A stretch of 64,000 nt of DNA, taken from contig NC_092679.1 of the NCBI RefSeq assembly GCF_964355755.1, positions 1,642,201 to 1,706,200 of the forward strand, in the 5' to 3' direction. Below the pieces are notes generated by a model. The model was not told where the DNA came from, did no database searches, and was given only the letters and a program-made list of their open reading frames with translations. The DNA is from Antedon mediterranea (Eukaryota > Animalia > Echinodermata). Made by a program: the position numbers and the translations under genes. Shown here piece after piece: positions 49,234 to 62,083 of the stretch (its first letter is position 1; every line of letters starts with the position of its first letter).

Positions 49234-50469
49234 ATGTTTGGTATGGAATACGAAGCACATCAACAAGTTATTGGTGATCTAAGCCCCCCGTACGACGGCA
49301 GTGAAATGGATCTTTTTCCAGATTTGTCGTTCCTGGATTCCGTCCAGTCAGACTTTTTAAACACTGGCTTCGACGAGCTTGCCGAGACCGAGGTGAACGC
49401 CGCCAGCACTAGCAGCGATCAAGCCAATGAATGTGAAGATACCGGCGAGGCTACTTCGAACACACAACAAGGTATTGTTAGCCCTAGTAATAATCCAACG
49501 TTAATGACTACCTCATCGACGAAAGGAAAGTCTGTGATTAAAGTGATTGTTAATTCATCTAAAGATGAAACTGCATTGGTTAAATATTTGATGGGAAAAG
49601 ATCTAAAAAATGGCGTGACTCCAAAGTTGAAAATCATAAAGAAAATGGCTGCTGAATCATCTCAACAAATCCAAAAGTGTGTTATTGATGATGTCACTAG
49701 ACCTGCCACATCTTGTCAAGATATGAAAGTTGATTCGACAAAGCTGTTCAAGAAGTACGTTACCACATCAAATAAATTTAAGAAATCCAAAAAGTCAAGC
49801 GAAGTAAGCATGATTGAACAGTTGGAAAAGGAACTTCTAGTATGCGATCCAGTTAATCGAAATGCCATTGCAGCTCGCTTGAATAGGTTAAGAAAAAAGA
49901 ACCATGTTGAATCACTTCAGGAAACCGTGAACAATCTGCAAACAGAAAATGCTGAACTTTTGCAACAAAATAATTGTTTGAACTCACGAGTGTCTTCCCT
50001 CGAAACAGAAGTCAGTTACTTGAAAGGCATACTGGCAAATCAAAGTTCTTTGTCATCATTGTTATCAAACATACAAGCAACAAATCTAAATTTTCACACA
50101 TCGATGGACCTTATTCATAAGATACCCGAAGAAGACATTGACTCTGTTTTCCAATCTAAATCTGATGATGAAGACGTTGATGTAGTGAGTCTTTCAGATG
50201 AGAAACCATCCCAGTCAAGGAAACGAAGCCGCACACAAGATAATTCAGTTGAGAAAAAGAAAATCAAGACATTCGTGCAAGAGGGTGATGAAGAGCAGAG
50301 GAGATCAGTGAGATTGAATGGAAAGAAACAGGCCTCATTAAAAATCCAACCAGCAGCTGGAGTTTGTCTTCACGTATCCGGAAAAAATGTTTCTCTTGAG
50401 TTCTGTTCACATTGTAGTCGGCAGGCTCAGAGCACAATTCAGACGACGTCCTCAAGCAAAATAGTGTGA
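49234..50469 (+). CDS. CREBZF: CREB/ATF bZIP transcription factor (Zhangfei / REPTOR-BP family), intronless, ~411 aa
   Basis: Basic region NAIAARLNRLRKKNHVESLQ, zipper ...EVSYLKGILANQSSLSSLL, and diagnostic C-terminal GVCLHVSGKNVSLEFCSHC (human [20 protein letters not shown] as recalled). First ATG at 49234; the ORF track start at 49108 is GTG. Confidence 0.92.
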   Translation: MFGMEYEAHQQVIGDLSPPYDGSEMDLFPDLSFLDSVQSDFLNTGFDELAETEVNAASTSSDQANECEDTGEATSNTQQGIVSPSNNPTLMTTSSTKGKSVIKVIVNSSKDETALVKYLMGKDLKNGVTPKLKIIKKMAAESSQQIQKCVIDDVTRPATSCQDMKVDSTKLFKKYVTTSNKFKKSKKSSEVSMIEQLEKELLVCDPVNRNAIAARLNRLRKKNHVESLQETVNNLQTENAELLQQNNCLNSRVSSLETEVSYLKGILANQSSLSSLLSNIQATNLNFHTSMDLIHKIPEEDIDSVFQSKSDDEDVDVVSLSDEKPSQSRKRSRTQDNSVEKKKIKTFVQEGDEEQRRSVRLNGKKQASLKIQPAAGVCLHVSGKNVSLEFCSHCSRQAQSTIQTTSSSKIV

Positions 50470-53400
50470 AGATGAAAGGTCAAACATTTACTGTGGACAA
50501 AAAAATTTAAAATGGTCGGTATTGTTAATGATTGAAACTGGAAAAGATGACCAGAGTGATTTAAAAAAAAAGTAACATTCCATGAGAACAAAAACAATTA
50601 TTGTTTTACTGTACTGTTTATGAAACATACTGTATACCCTTTATTATTGTGTAGGATTTAAGATGTATATTACTGAAACTAATGAATGTCTCTTACAATG
50701 TATGAGGCTAATGTGTTTTTTTTCCCTCCAGATTTCACCAGGCACCAGGTGGGAGCTTCTCTACACTAAATGTCAACCGGTATTCGTATTACTTAAATGG
50801 TCTGTATCATGTATTATTGAAAGGGTATTATCCTCAATGCATGAGTTTCGATGCAAATCAACTGAAGACAATATGAATACAAGTTTAAAACTTCACAAAT
50901 TGACAAAAACAAAATTTATAAAGGCAGAAAATTTATAAATAAATTTGTACTTTTTTGATGATTTTTTAAATCCATCTATTCAAGATACTGAACAGAACTT
51001 TTTGGACTTTTATTGTAGAATAACATTTAAAACAAAAAATTATGCTTTGAAAAAAAGAAAATCAATTGAAAAAAAAAATGTTTATTTCGTTTTTTATATT
51101 TGGATGTAGTAATCGCATATAGAAAATTATGTAAGTAAATTGCTTTTACTGTATATAAAAAATAAAAAAAAAATGCTAAAATTCAACATAAAAAATAAAT
51201 GAATTTGAAAGGAATTACAAATAAAAAAAATATTCTATGCTTTCAGATGAAATAGCATTTGTTTTGTTCAAGAAAATTTATTTGATAGAGATGGTTTAAA
51301 TTTAGTACCGTATAATATAAAAAGTAAGAGCCATTCAGTTTGGGTAGAACACATGTGAAATCTGCTTTCAAAGCCATTTGTTTTTTTACAGAATACCATG
51401 CAGACTGGTGTTTATTCAATAACAAGTACTTATGGTAAGGTCTCTTAGACTTGCGCAGAAAAAAAAATCATTTTATTTGATGCTGGCATTGCTTGTTCAC
51501 AGGGTGTGGCACTTGACAAGTTAAGGCAGTTTACATTTCTTGATAAATGTGGACAGATGACTATCTGAAATATATTTAGCCTGATGACTGTAAGTGCCTC
51601 TCTGATTGCAATGCCAGAACAAAAGAATGGTTTGTTATTTATGTAGTAGTGTTGTATGGAATTTTAAGTGTAATGTACTGGTCCTAGGCAAAACATTTTT
51701 TTGTGGAAAAAATTGATATTTTCAGAAAAATGCAGTTTTGAAAGCCAACATTTAGTTTGTTTCATAAACCCAAAATTATAAAAGTGTTGTAGTTGTTGCA
51801 TAACCAACAATGGTTTATTCATTGTGGCATCAACATTATTTAAGTTTAAAACTATCTTATGCAAAGACGTCAAATTCTTATCTGTATAATATAACTGTAT
51901 GATATGTAAATAAATTGGGTGGTGTGGACGGCTATAAGGGGAGGTTGGAGGCCGTTAAAAAAAAAACAATTTGGTTTCAAAAGTCTTTGCATAGATATCT
52001 CATCTCTGAACCAATCTATATTTGAGTCAATCAACATAATTTTACTGTGAATGTCCTAACATTTTAATCATTAATTTGCCAAGATAACTATGTTCAATAA
52101 TTTTCTTTAATGATCAGTGAAGGCAATAACCTCTTAAATTTAGCACTGGAAAATTCAAATTCCACCATTGAGGTGTTCAGTTTTTGTGGTTGCATGCAAG
52201 TATAGAATGTTTCGGAGAATACTATTTAGAATTATTATATAACACTTTTTTTTTCATTTTTCCTTCCAACAACCATAGCTTGACCTACTACTTAATAGAA
52301 GAGCCTTGAACTTTGAACCTGTTAGCCTTCGTTGCACCATGTTGAAGGTTAGCCTCTATCTAGTAAGTTATGAATTAGGTAATTATATGTATTCAAAAGG
52401 TTTAGTCTAGGTTAATTTCTCTTCTTGATCTCAAGTCAGTGGTACAGTACTGGTAAAGTGTTGCAGAACGTTTAGAAAATCTACTATCGTAGTTTTGAAA
52501 TTTGTAGGACAGTTTTCCATGCCAAAGTACCCAACCAAACCACGCAAGTACTTGCCAGTGTGTGGCATCATAGTTAAAGGGGTATAACTATACAAGCAGT
52601 GATACTGTTTAAGACGTTTTGTTTTGACTAAAAGAGTTAAGTTTTGTTTTTATTTCTAATGATTTACATATTGAAAATAGAGTGTTATATTTATACATAA
52701 GTCGATATATATATATACTGTATATTGTAGTTAAGTTTACGTTGAATAAATTGTTTATAAATACTTTAATTCAGTTGTTTGCTGTCAATATACAGATGTG
52801 AATATTACTGTTCGGAGACTACATATAGACAGTAATAGTAATTAATGTTCGGAAGTAAATTTATACGCCGTGTAAAATACTTCGCTTAAATTTGGCAGCA
52901 GACTTGGTACTCGGCAGGTTCGTTTTCAATCGCGCCTTATTCACCACCAACATCGTCGTCGTTTAGCAGATTTTTACTACGGTATTTCATGGAGGTAAAA
53001 TTATCTCCATGAGTATTTGTAAACGCTTCGAACATGCTAACCTTTTGAAATGCATGCAGTAGTTGAAATATCATCTGAAGCTTTTAACCAATCATTAACG
53101 GGTAAATATTTTGTGTTCATTTCGCTGCAACATTACATAAAGTAAGCACAATGCATCCCGTCTTATTACTGGCCCATGTAGATTTGTCTCATTTCAATTC
53201 ATGCAGTATGATGATGAAGTAGTTATGTATGCCTATTTTCGTCGTGCACAAGACCACTCCACAACAAATATGAAACACAGTACAGCACAGAAAATTTATC
53301 AAAGCGTTTCCAAACAAGAAAGGGCGGTATAAAAAATACATCGAACTACAGAGGGCGCTTTCACAAAACTTGGGACATGCATTTCCAGGTATGGCAAAGG

Positions 53401-53906
53401 TGGAAGTGCGTTGGACCAATGCATTTTTGCCTTAGTAATATTTATTTTTAACGGGTGATGACTCGAAATTTCTAGGAAATCGATTATTATTATGGTTGGG
53501 AGGCTCCAATATAGTAAATTGCATCTAGAAAAAACTACAGTACCTACACATGCATAGATGCTATTTTAATTTTAACCGATACAATTCGATTGCATGTAAA
53601 TGCTATACAGTATAAAAACGAATACGTATTTATAATTATTAATAAATAATGCCAAGGTAGATAATATCGCTACATATTACTGCAACATAGATCCAGACTT
53701 GTTTTCGTCGTAGGTGCTAAATTAATCACTACAGTATTTTCATTTCATTATGATCAATAATAAACAGTCTATCATGCATCTTATTAGGAGTACATCATAT
53801 ATAATATGACGGATTACAACAAATAAACGATTTTAAAGTGGATGGAACTCTTAATTTGTTCCTAATTGTGTCTATATACAATTTCATTATTACCCGTCTG
53901 GATTTT

Positions 53907-56900
53907 TTAAGTTAATATTTTGTCCGTCATCTTTATTTTTGATGTCGATATTTCTTTTGTCTTGTACTTTGACGATGATGTACCGTCATCTCCTCCTCGA
54001 TACTTTCTTAGTATGTTGTAGACAGAGTAAGTGAGGTTGAATGCTAGAAAAATAAACAAGCCCTGTAGGGTATTCAGAATGGTGAATAAATACCAAAATA
54101 TCATGTGACCAGTGAAAGAACCGAGAAAGCCGAATATCCAAGTTAACCCCATCAGTGTAAAGATCTGCAATTAAACAATAACATGACAAATGTTACTACT
54201 GTATACTTAAAATACGGTAATTGTTTTGCAAATGTTGCGTATGAAGATTACAGAGTTTAAGTGAGACGTAGTTTTGACTGTCTTTCACAACAAAACAGTT
54301 TTGCAATTAGTGAAGGCTTCTGTTATCAGAATCACAATTAGTATTGATCTTATAATTCCAGCTTAGATTTATTTGATATTAAACTGTCAAAAACGTTTAT
54401 TCCGGATGACAATCTATATCGGCCCTGATTGATGCATATAATTTAACGTTATTAAAGTAAAAACCAAATAAGAATATCCTTTCTCTATGATTAAAAAGAC
54501 AAAATCCGATATAAGAGTATTAGACATCAATCAAATTTGACCAACTTAATGACAAGAGTTACGATATACTATCTTGATTTAACAACTAAATACGGTGGTT
54601 GTTAATTAATTTACTGTTCCACTTTTTTTCCCACTTGAATCGGGAAGATCATCTCTCTGCTTAAATGCATATACTTACCCGGATGTAGATAATCATTTCT
54701 TTGTTCAACTTCTTCTGCGCCGACTTGTTTACGATTGCAGAAGATTTCTTGGATTCCCGAATTCCAAACACTGTCGCTATGAATAATATTATGTTAGGCA
54801 GCAATATCGCAATAACCGGGATTCCAAAAACATAAAATAGGGCGAGTTCGTCTCGAATCCAACAAACTGTATCGTCACCGTATCGAACTTCAAAACTGGT
54901 ACATTCACACAAACTTATGGCAACAATGACGCCAACAAAAATTGCCGGGAGACCCCAACTATAGAGAAAGTAAATTAGAAAAGCTTTCTTCTGAGAGCGT
55001 TTACTTCTTGAAGAAACTCTGAAGAATGTAAATGTTCTGAAAAGCTCAATGGCCATTGTGTTCATCCAACAAAAACAAACCAACCACAAGTAATGCAACA
55101 CGGCAGCAACTGTTCGGCAAAGCTTTACGGTTTTAGTAAAGTTTCCTTGAACTAACGTCAATAATAATGCGAAAAACAACGCAACTGACAAGTTCAAGAT
55201 GATCTGTCCAGAAAGTGTCCTTAGTTCACTGACAATGGCGCGAAGAATGATGGTAATTAGCAGACAAACGAGAGAAATGACGGTACCGATGACACTTATT
55301 ATTAAAAGAGCATCTGAATAGTTGAAGAACTGTGTTTCTGACGTTACCACTCCAGTTTGATTTAAAAACGAACATATTGTAACAAAGCTTGACGAATTGG
55401 AAAGAAAATACTCGTTTTTATCAAACTTATCACCTGTCGCTTTGTATAGAAGAGTCTCATTGCCTACATCCTCAAATGCATGCGATTCCAGAGTGACTTG
55501 GCCACAAACTTCACATGTCGATACTGACGAACTACTGCATATTGAGGACTCGTTGACAATTTGGTGCACGATTCGTAGAATGTATTCTTCCGGGACGTCT
55601 ATAGAAACGTTAGAAGTACTGATAGTGCGCGCACTTGTGTTCACTTTCAACATCTTCAAGTTTGGAATATTTTCCTCCTCGCACAACAACCTCTTTTCGA
55701 TTTCTTTCATAGAGCATTGTTGTTGAATGGTTATTTTTTTGTTGTTAAAGTTCTTAACATCTCTGTTTATATTATCGGTGATAAGACTAGAAATTACATG
55801 AGCCATTGTGCAATTTATGGTTTCAATAGCAAATTCTGTTGTATCTGTATATTCCTGTTTGAAATATGTGACGTCATATTCCTTGAAGAAGTTTACCAAT
55901 ACGTCAGTGTAATTAGCAACATTTGTCTGTTCGTCTTCAACTTTACTGTCATGATATGCAATTAACATTGAGTGTTCTGCTAATTGACACAAACAGAACA
56001 GTTCTTCTGACACTAAAATAGCACGATCGTTACAGTCTGGTGATGGAGATGAAGGGGTTACGCATTTGGAGCCTTGAAGTTCATAGCCGGTTTGACACGA
56101 CACTTGATGACACTTACTGCTGAACGGATCGAAAACTTCACCAACAACACAATTTACCTCTTTAACGTCGTATTTGACAGAGTTGACTGTGACGCTGTTT
56201 GGATTGGAGAAATCCATAATTATCGTTAATGACGTCAAGCTTTCACCGTTTTCACCCACAAGGGTTGTTTTATCAGCAGGTTGTTCCACGTAGCATGTGT
56301 AAGAAGAATCGTAATTGCATATTGCGCAATGTGGGTTCCTGTACGTGGTTTGTGCCTCGCGGCAGACAACGGCGTTGTAACCGACCTTACACGCGTCGAT
56401 AACGGTTTGATCTGTGTATGTTTCATTACAACTGTATATTGCGTCAAAATAACAATGTCTCCTAGAATCTTTTCTATTAGAAGGTGCCAGTGAATCAAAA
56501 TTTGGACAAGCCATTCCGTTTAATATCTCTTCTACAGACTGACTTGTATTGGAGCAATGGAAAGTTACATTCCACGCCGACAGTTCATTGACCGGCACAT
56601 CGTTACACAGCGCGCAAAATACATTTGTATATACATGATCTTGCGTATCCGATACAAGGATGTTTGATATTATGTCGTTCGGACTCGGGTTTTCACAATT
56701 ATTTTTAGTTTCGATGTTAACAGAGCTTGTGTTCTTGCAACTGGATATAGCAAAATACCCGTATGTAAACTTTAAATCGCCTTTAATGCATTTCATTTGT
56801 CTAAAGTCGACCACCGATGGAGGAGTGATATCAGACGAATTACAAACAGATGGGTAATCATAGCAGCAGTCGTCGTAGTATGTACACAATGCGTCACATC

Positions 56901-57259
56901 CACACGTATAAGCGTCGATTGGCGGAAGTCCACACTTTCCCATACACAGGTGACTAGAAGGGCATATATCCACTTCTGATCCATAAAGCGTAGTAGGCAC
57001 AAGAGACGGAGAATCTGCGAATTATACAATTTAAAACATCTTTATTACACTTATCTTTGTAAATGTCTTTACTTTGGTGGTACGGTGATTATGACGCTGG
57101 ATGATACTTAAGCCTACAGTACGACGATACCGACTACGTAAAAAAGGAAATGACGTGCAACTTACCTGTTGCTTGATATGGATAATATTGTTGATTTGTT
57201 CTCAACTCAAAGGTGGAAAAGATGAATAAAATATACCAAAAGAACTTATTGGTCTTCAT
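53907..57259 (-). CDS. Somatomedin-B-domain secretin/adhesion-class (Methuselah-like) 7TM receptor, copy 1, 3 exons, ~895 aa
   Basis: Exons 57166-57259 (signal peptide), 54679-57014 and 53907-54164, phase-consistent. SMB-like CGCDALCTYYDDCCYDY; two YxNxxCAxCN Cys motifs; family-B 7TM motifs (LHYLWLVCFCWMN, YSWGLP, CWI, LMGLTWIFG, LNTLQGLFIF). Confidence 0.88.
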
Positions 57260-57804
57260 ATTTCTGAGAAACAAGGGAAATAGCCGAGTTCTTCTTGATA
57301 TTGCATTCAAACCTCTTGGAGAATGTTCACCAACGTTCACGTTTGCTACGAAATAGATACAGTACTGTAGTTGTTAATTATTTAGAAAAATAAAATAGGC
57401 TCAATCTTTATATCGACACCCATGTGTTTAAAATATAATTCTTATATACTAAAATATTGACTTAAATGCAAATACAAAGTTAGATATTTAGTTTTAAACC
57501 ATACAATTAATGTAATTGACACTGTACTGAATACATTTAACGTAACTCAAACAAATGATAACACTTTGTCAGACTTTGTTTCTTTAATTGATTATCTGTC
57601 TGTGTTTTGGCTTGTCTATACCGCATCTACTAATTTAAACCAATCAGCCATCGTCGGAACGCATTTTGGCAAACCTGGTGTCGTCAGTAATATTGGATAT
57701 TATATGACGTTATTATTTGGTCTATTATGTTTGCCGAACCTTTCCTCCGGAAACAACTTTCTTCGAAAGAAGGGGACTCGGCAACAACGCATAGACCATA
57801 GTCA

Positions 57805-57883
57805 AATGCATAGACCTACCACATGCAAAATATAAAGATTGTTAAATGCATAGACCTACCACATGCAAAATATAAAGATTGTT
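57805..57883. repeat. 39-bp direct tandem duplication
   Basis: AATGCATAGACCTACCACATGCAAAATATAAAGATTGTTA occurs twice. Confidence 0.9.
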
Positions 57884-58819
57884 ATACGTACCTGTATGTT
57901 AGATTTCAAATGTACACACTGAACGATAAATTACTCGTGATGAATTTATGTATGCTAAGAAAGCAAAACAGATTATCTTCACAGCCGAACACACTACTTC
58001 TCAGGAGGCCATATTTTCGTAATAACGATAATACAAACACAAATCCTCCATTATATTTATTAAAGATACGCACCTATTGCTTTTGACTTGTATGCCTAAA
58101 TTCATAATTTCAGATTGGTCATATTATTGAATTTTCATTAAATACACAATTAAATAAAAATCAAAACCTCCCTGTAAAAAAATTGAATGGTCACAGTGTA
58201 TTGAAAGTTGTCGGATTGGTTATTTGCTGGTATATTGTGATTATATTACATGTTATTGTTGATTGATGGAACCCAGGTCAATTACTTAATCTACTGTTAA
58301 ATTAAACATGAAATAGAAACGTATTATTTTCTATAATATAAGTAATTTAATGTTTTAGCAAATGTATGATATACAGTAATGCATAAATACATATATATAT
58401 ATACATAGTATAGTATTTTTAAATATAAAAACATTGAAAAATGTTTGTGTTTTATTTATATTTGTTCACTGTTTCTCCCATATATACTTGGGGGTATACC
58501 CTCATTCTAAATATACTAACCTTTTCACATAGTGTGTACATAGAGGACTGCTATAGTTTAAATAATCATATTTAGCAATACAGTATTTAATTGTTTGTTT
58601 TAACTGAGATTACCCATAAATTTCAGGAAGGGGAATGCGTGTGCAGTTTTATCTGGGGTTTTCTCTGGATTGGGTAGTTTTACAGATAAATTTCCCTTAG
58701 GCACCTTTCATATTACTTTGTATAGAAATGTCTACGTGCGCAGAAGAGTTTGTCCAGTCGTGTAAAAAGGCCAAACTCTCAGTCTATAATGTCAGTAATG
58801 ACATTTGAAATAATGTCTA

Positions 58820-61800
58820 TTATAAACGCGTTGAATCCAGTGGTTGAGATTCATTCTGACGCGTTATATTTGTACCAGCAGGTTTTTTGTTCGTTTGTAA
58901 TAAAGTTTCTGTCGTTTTTGGTTGCGAAGAAGATGTTTGCTTTTCTCTACGTGCTTTTATTAAATTCTTCATTGAATAGTTAATATTGAAAGCTATAAAG
59001 ATAAACAAGCCTTGAAGAGAGTTTAGAATGGTAAAGATATACCAGAATATCACGTGATCAACGAATGACGCAACATAACCAAATATCCATGTTAATCCCA
59101 TGACGGTTGAAATCTGTAACAAAAATACAAGACAAATGATTAATATCATAGATGTTTTTGTCATATTTATAAGCATAAGTCATATTTATAATTCATAATC
59201 AGTGGCGACGTCATCAGTAGGCCTACAGTGGGTTAATGCTTTATATTATACGTTTAATGTAAACATATTTTGCTTGAAACTTTAGATCAATAAATAAGAT
59301 ATTAGCATACCCGTATGTATATAATCATTTCCCCAGTTTGTTGATCCTGATTTGATTTTCCACTTCGAACTGCTGCAGTCGATTTCATTGATTTTCTGAG
59401 TCCTGTGATTGTGGCCACAAATAGTATAAGATTAGGTACCAGAATAACAGCCAGTGGAATTCCAAAGACATACAATGATGCAAGTTCATCTCGAATCCAA
59501 CAAACATTATCATCACCATACATGACGTCCAAACTGGTACATTCACACATACTTATACCTACGATGATAGCGACGTAGATGGCAGGCAAACCCCAGCTAT
59601 AAATGAAGTATTTTATGAAAGATTTTCTCTGCGATTTGCTACTTCTAGAAGATCTTGATGAACTTCGGACCGTTCGGAACGTTTGGAAAAGTTCAATGGC
59701 CATCGAATTCATCCAACAAAAACAGACTAACCACATATAATGCAAGAACACTGACATTACTTCACAGAATGTTGGCCATTTAGTAAAATTACCTTGGATT
59801 AGTGTCAGAAGCAATGCAATAAATAAGGATATTGAAACGTTTAAAATTATTTTCCCTGAAAGTGTTCTTAATTCAGCAATGAAAACACGAAGAAGGATCG
59901 TAATAAGAAGACTAATAAGTGAGATAATTGTACCGACCACACTGATTATCAATAAAGCACCAGAATAATGGAAGAACTCTGTGTTTTCTTCTGTCTCTCC
60001 AGTTTGATTTAAGAAAGAGCAAACTAGTAAACTCGAATTGGATAAGTTTGTGAACATGTACTGATGCTCTTGAAATACGTCGCCAGTTGTTTTGTAAATG
60101 AGAGTTCCATTAACTTGTTCTTCAAAAGCTTCTATCGATAACTGAATCTGTGGACATACATTGCAAGTGAATACCGACAGAATACTACAAACGGACGACT
60201 CATTTCCAAGTTCATGAAAGATTTCTAAAACATACTGCTCGTCAGGAATTTGTAAAGATGAATTATCAACATGGATATTCTTTGTAACATTGTCATATTC
60301 CAATGCTTCATTTGCTGTCAATACAATTCTGTCTTGTTCACATTGAAGCTCATTTGAAATCGCTTTTGTTGAGCAGTTTTGTCGAAAGGTGACGACATTT
60401 AACTGTGCATCAGTGTTATTATGTATCCCTCTAACGACCAATTCCGATATGTCATAGACTAACTGGCAATTCATCTGTTCAATAGATATAATAATAATGG
60501 TTTTGTTAAAGGCATTTGAAGATTGGTTAGTGTATTCGATGTTAAATGTTGTCAAAGCTTTTGTAAATTCAAAAACTGTTGTAAAATTATCAACTTCAAA
60601 ATCGTATTCATACTCAATTTGTAGAGACTGCTGCTGTAGCTTGCATTCACAATAGATTTCACTCGATATATGGAGGGCGTTTTTGCTACAACCGGTTTCA
60701 GTGGAAATGACGACACATTTGCTGCCTTCGAGTGTGAATCCATCTTTACATGTTAGTTGAAGACATTGATTACTGAATGGATCAAAGACCTCACTAGTAG
60801 AACAACTGACTCCCCCATTATTATACGATCCGTATTCCGAACTAACAGATATACTGCTTTGTTTAGAAAAATCCACTATTACTGTCAATGACGTGAAACC
60901 AACACGCCTCGGAACAGAAACAAAAACGTCACAATTGTAAGATGGCTCATCATTACAAATTGCACAATGTGGATTCCTGTAAACAGTGCCGCCGTACACT
61001 ATAGCTTTGTAGTTGGTCAAACACGCTTCAATAACACTTTCATTCATGTAACTACCGCTACATTGTGACACTGCTGTCGCCAAACATGGACGCCGTGTAT
61101 CTTGTTTTCCCGATGGTGGTCTAAAACTCATAAAAGGACAATATGTACCATCATTGATTTGTTCGTGTATATTTGGTGGAGGAGCTTCGGTTGTGGTAGG
61201 AGGAAGTGTAGTAATGGGTGGTAGGGTAGGTAGGGACGGGTCAGGAACAGGTACAGGGACAGGAATAGGTTGAGGAGCGATAGGCCCAGCGGGATCTTCA
61301 CCAAACTCGACTCTAACATCGTCGTCACTACAGATAAACGTTACCTTCCAGGCTGTCACGTCCGTTATTAACACATTATTACACAAGGCGCAATACACAT
61401 TCTTGTAAATGTTATTCTCTGTGTCCGATACAATAATTGCTAAAAGAATATCACCAGAACCAGGGTTTTCACATTTCTGTATCGTGTCTGTATCAACTGT
61501 ACTATCGTCTCTACAAAATGCTATAATATAATATCCATCAGAGAAGCTATCATCTCCGTCAAAACATTCCAATTGGCTGGACATCGATACAATTGAAGGA
61601 TTAGGTTCAGAAGTACAAGCAGACCAGTAATCATAGCAACAGTCGCCGTAGTATTCACACTCAGTGTCACATCCACATTGCCTGGCCTCTGAAGGACTAC
61701 TTCCGCATCTATCTTGACAAAGGTGATTATTTGAACAAACACCAACATCAGTTCCATAAATAGTGAATTTCTCTAATCATGAATAAAAAAAGAACAAAGG

Positions 61801-62083
61801 TAATTTATTATTGATGAATGGGATTGTCTATTGACAATAGCCATCCCGCACCAGAATTTAGAAGGATTTCCATGGTCAACTGTACATTTTTGAATACTTT
61901 TTATTACTGAGATGTCGAAAGATATCGGGTTTTTATCTTATCTCTTATCTTACGCCAGCTGGAAAAACAGCTAGCTACTGTATTTACTGACTTACCGTCT
62001 GGTCTAAACTGGCAAAAGGCTTCGTAAGTCATACACAGTACGACTAGTAGATATGTGTACAACCTTGATGCCTGTACATTCAT
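58820..62083 (-). CDS. Somatomedin-B-domain secretin/adhesion-class 7TM receptor, copy 2, 3 exons, ~947 aa
   Basis: Exons 61996-62083 (MNVQASRLYTYLLVVLC), 59311-61772 (open upstream of the listed ORF, includes CGCDTECEYYGDCCYDY) and 58820-59113. Same intron positions and phases as copy 1. Ends STRL. Confidence 0.88.

Noticed and set aside
51555-51590. SECIS element (ATGA...AAA...TGA)
   Set aside because: Helix II is too short and no upstream gene needs UGA readthrough.
55397-56979. Multiple short + strand ORFs
   Set aside because: Antisense shadows of the GPCR exon.
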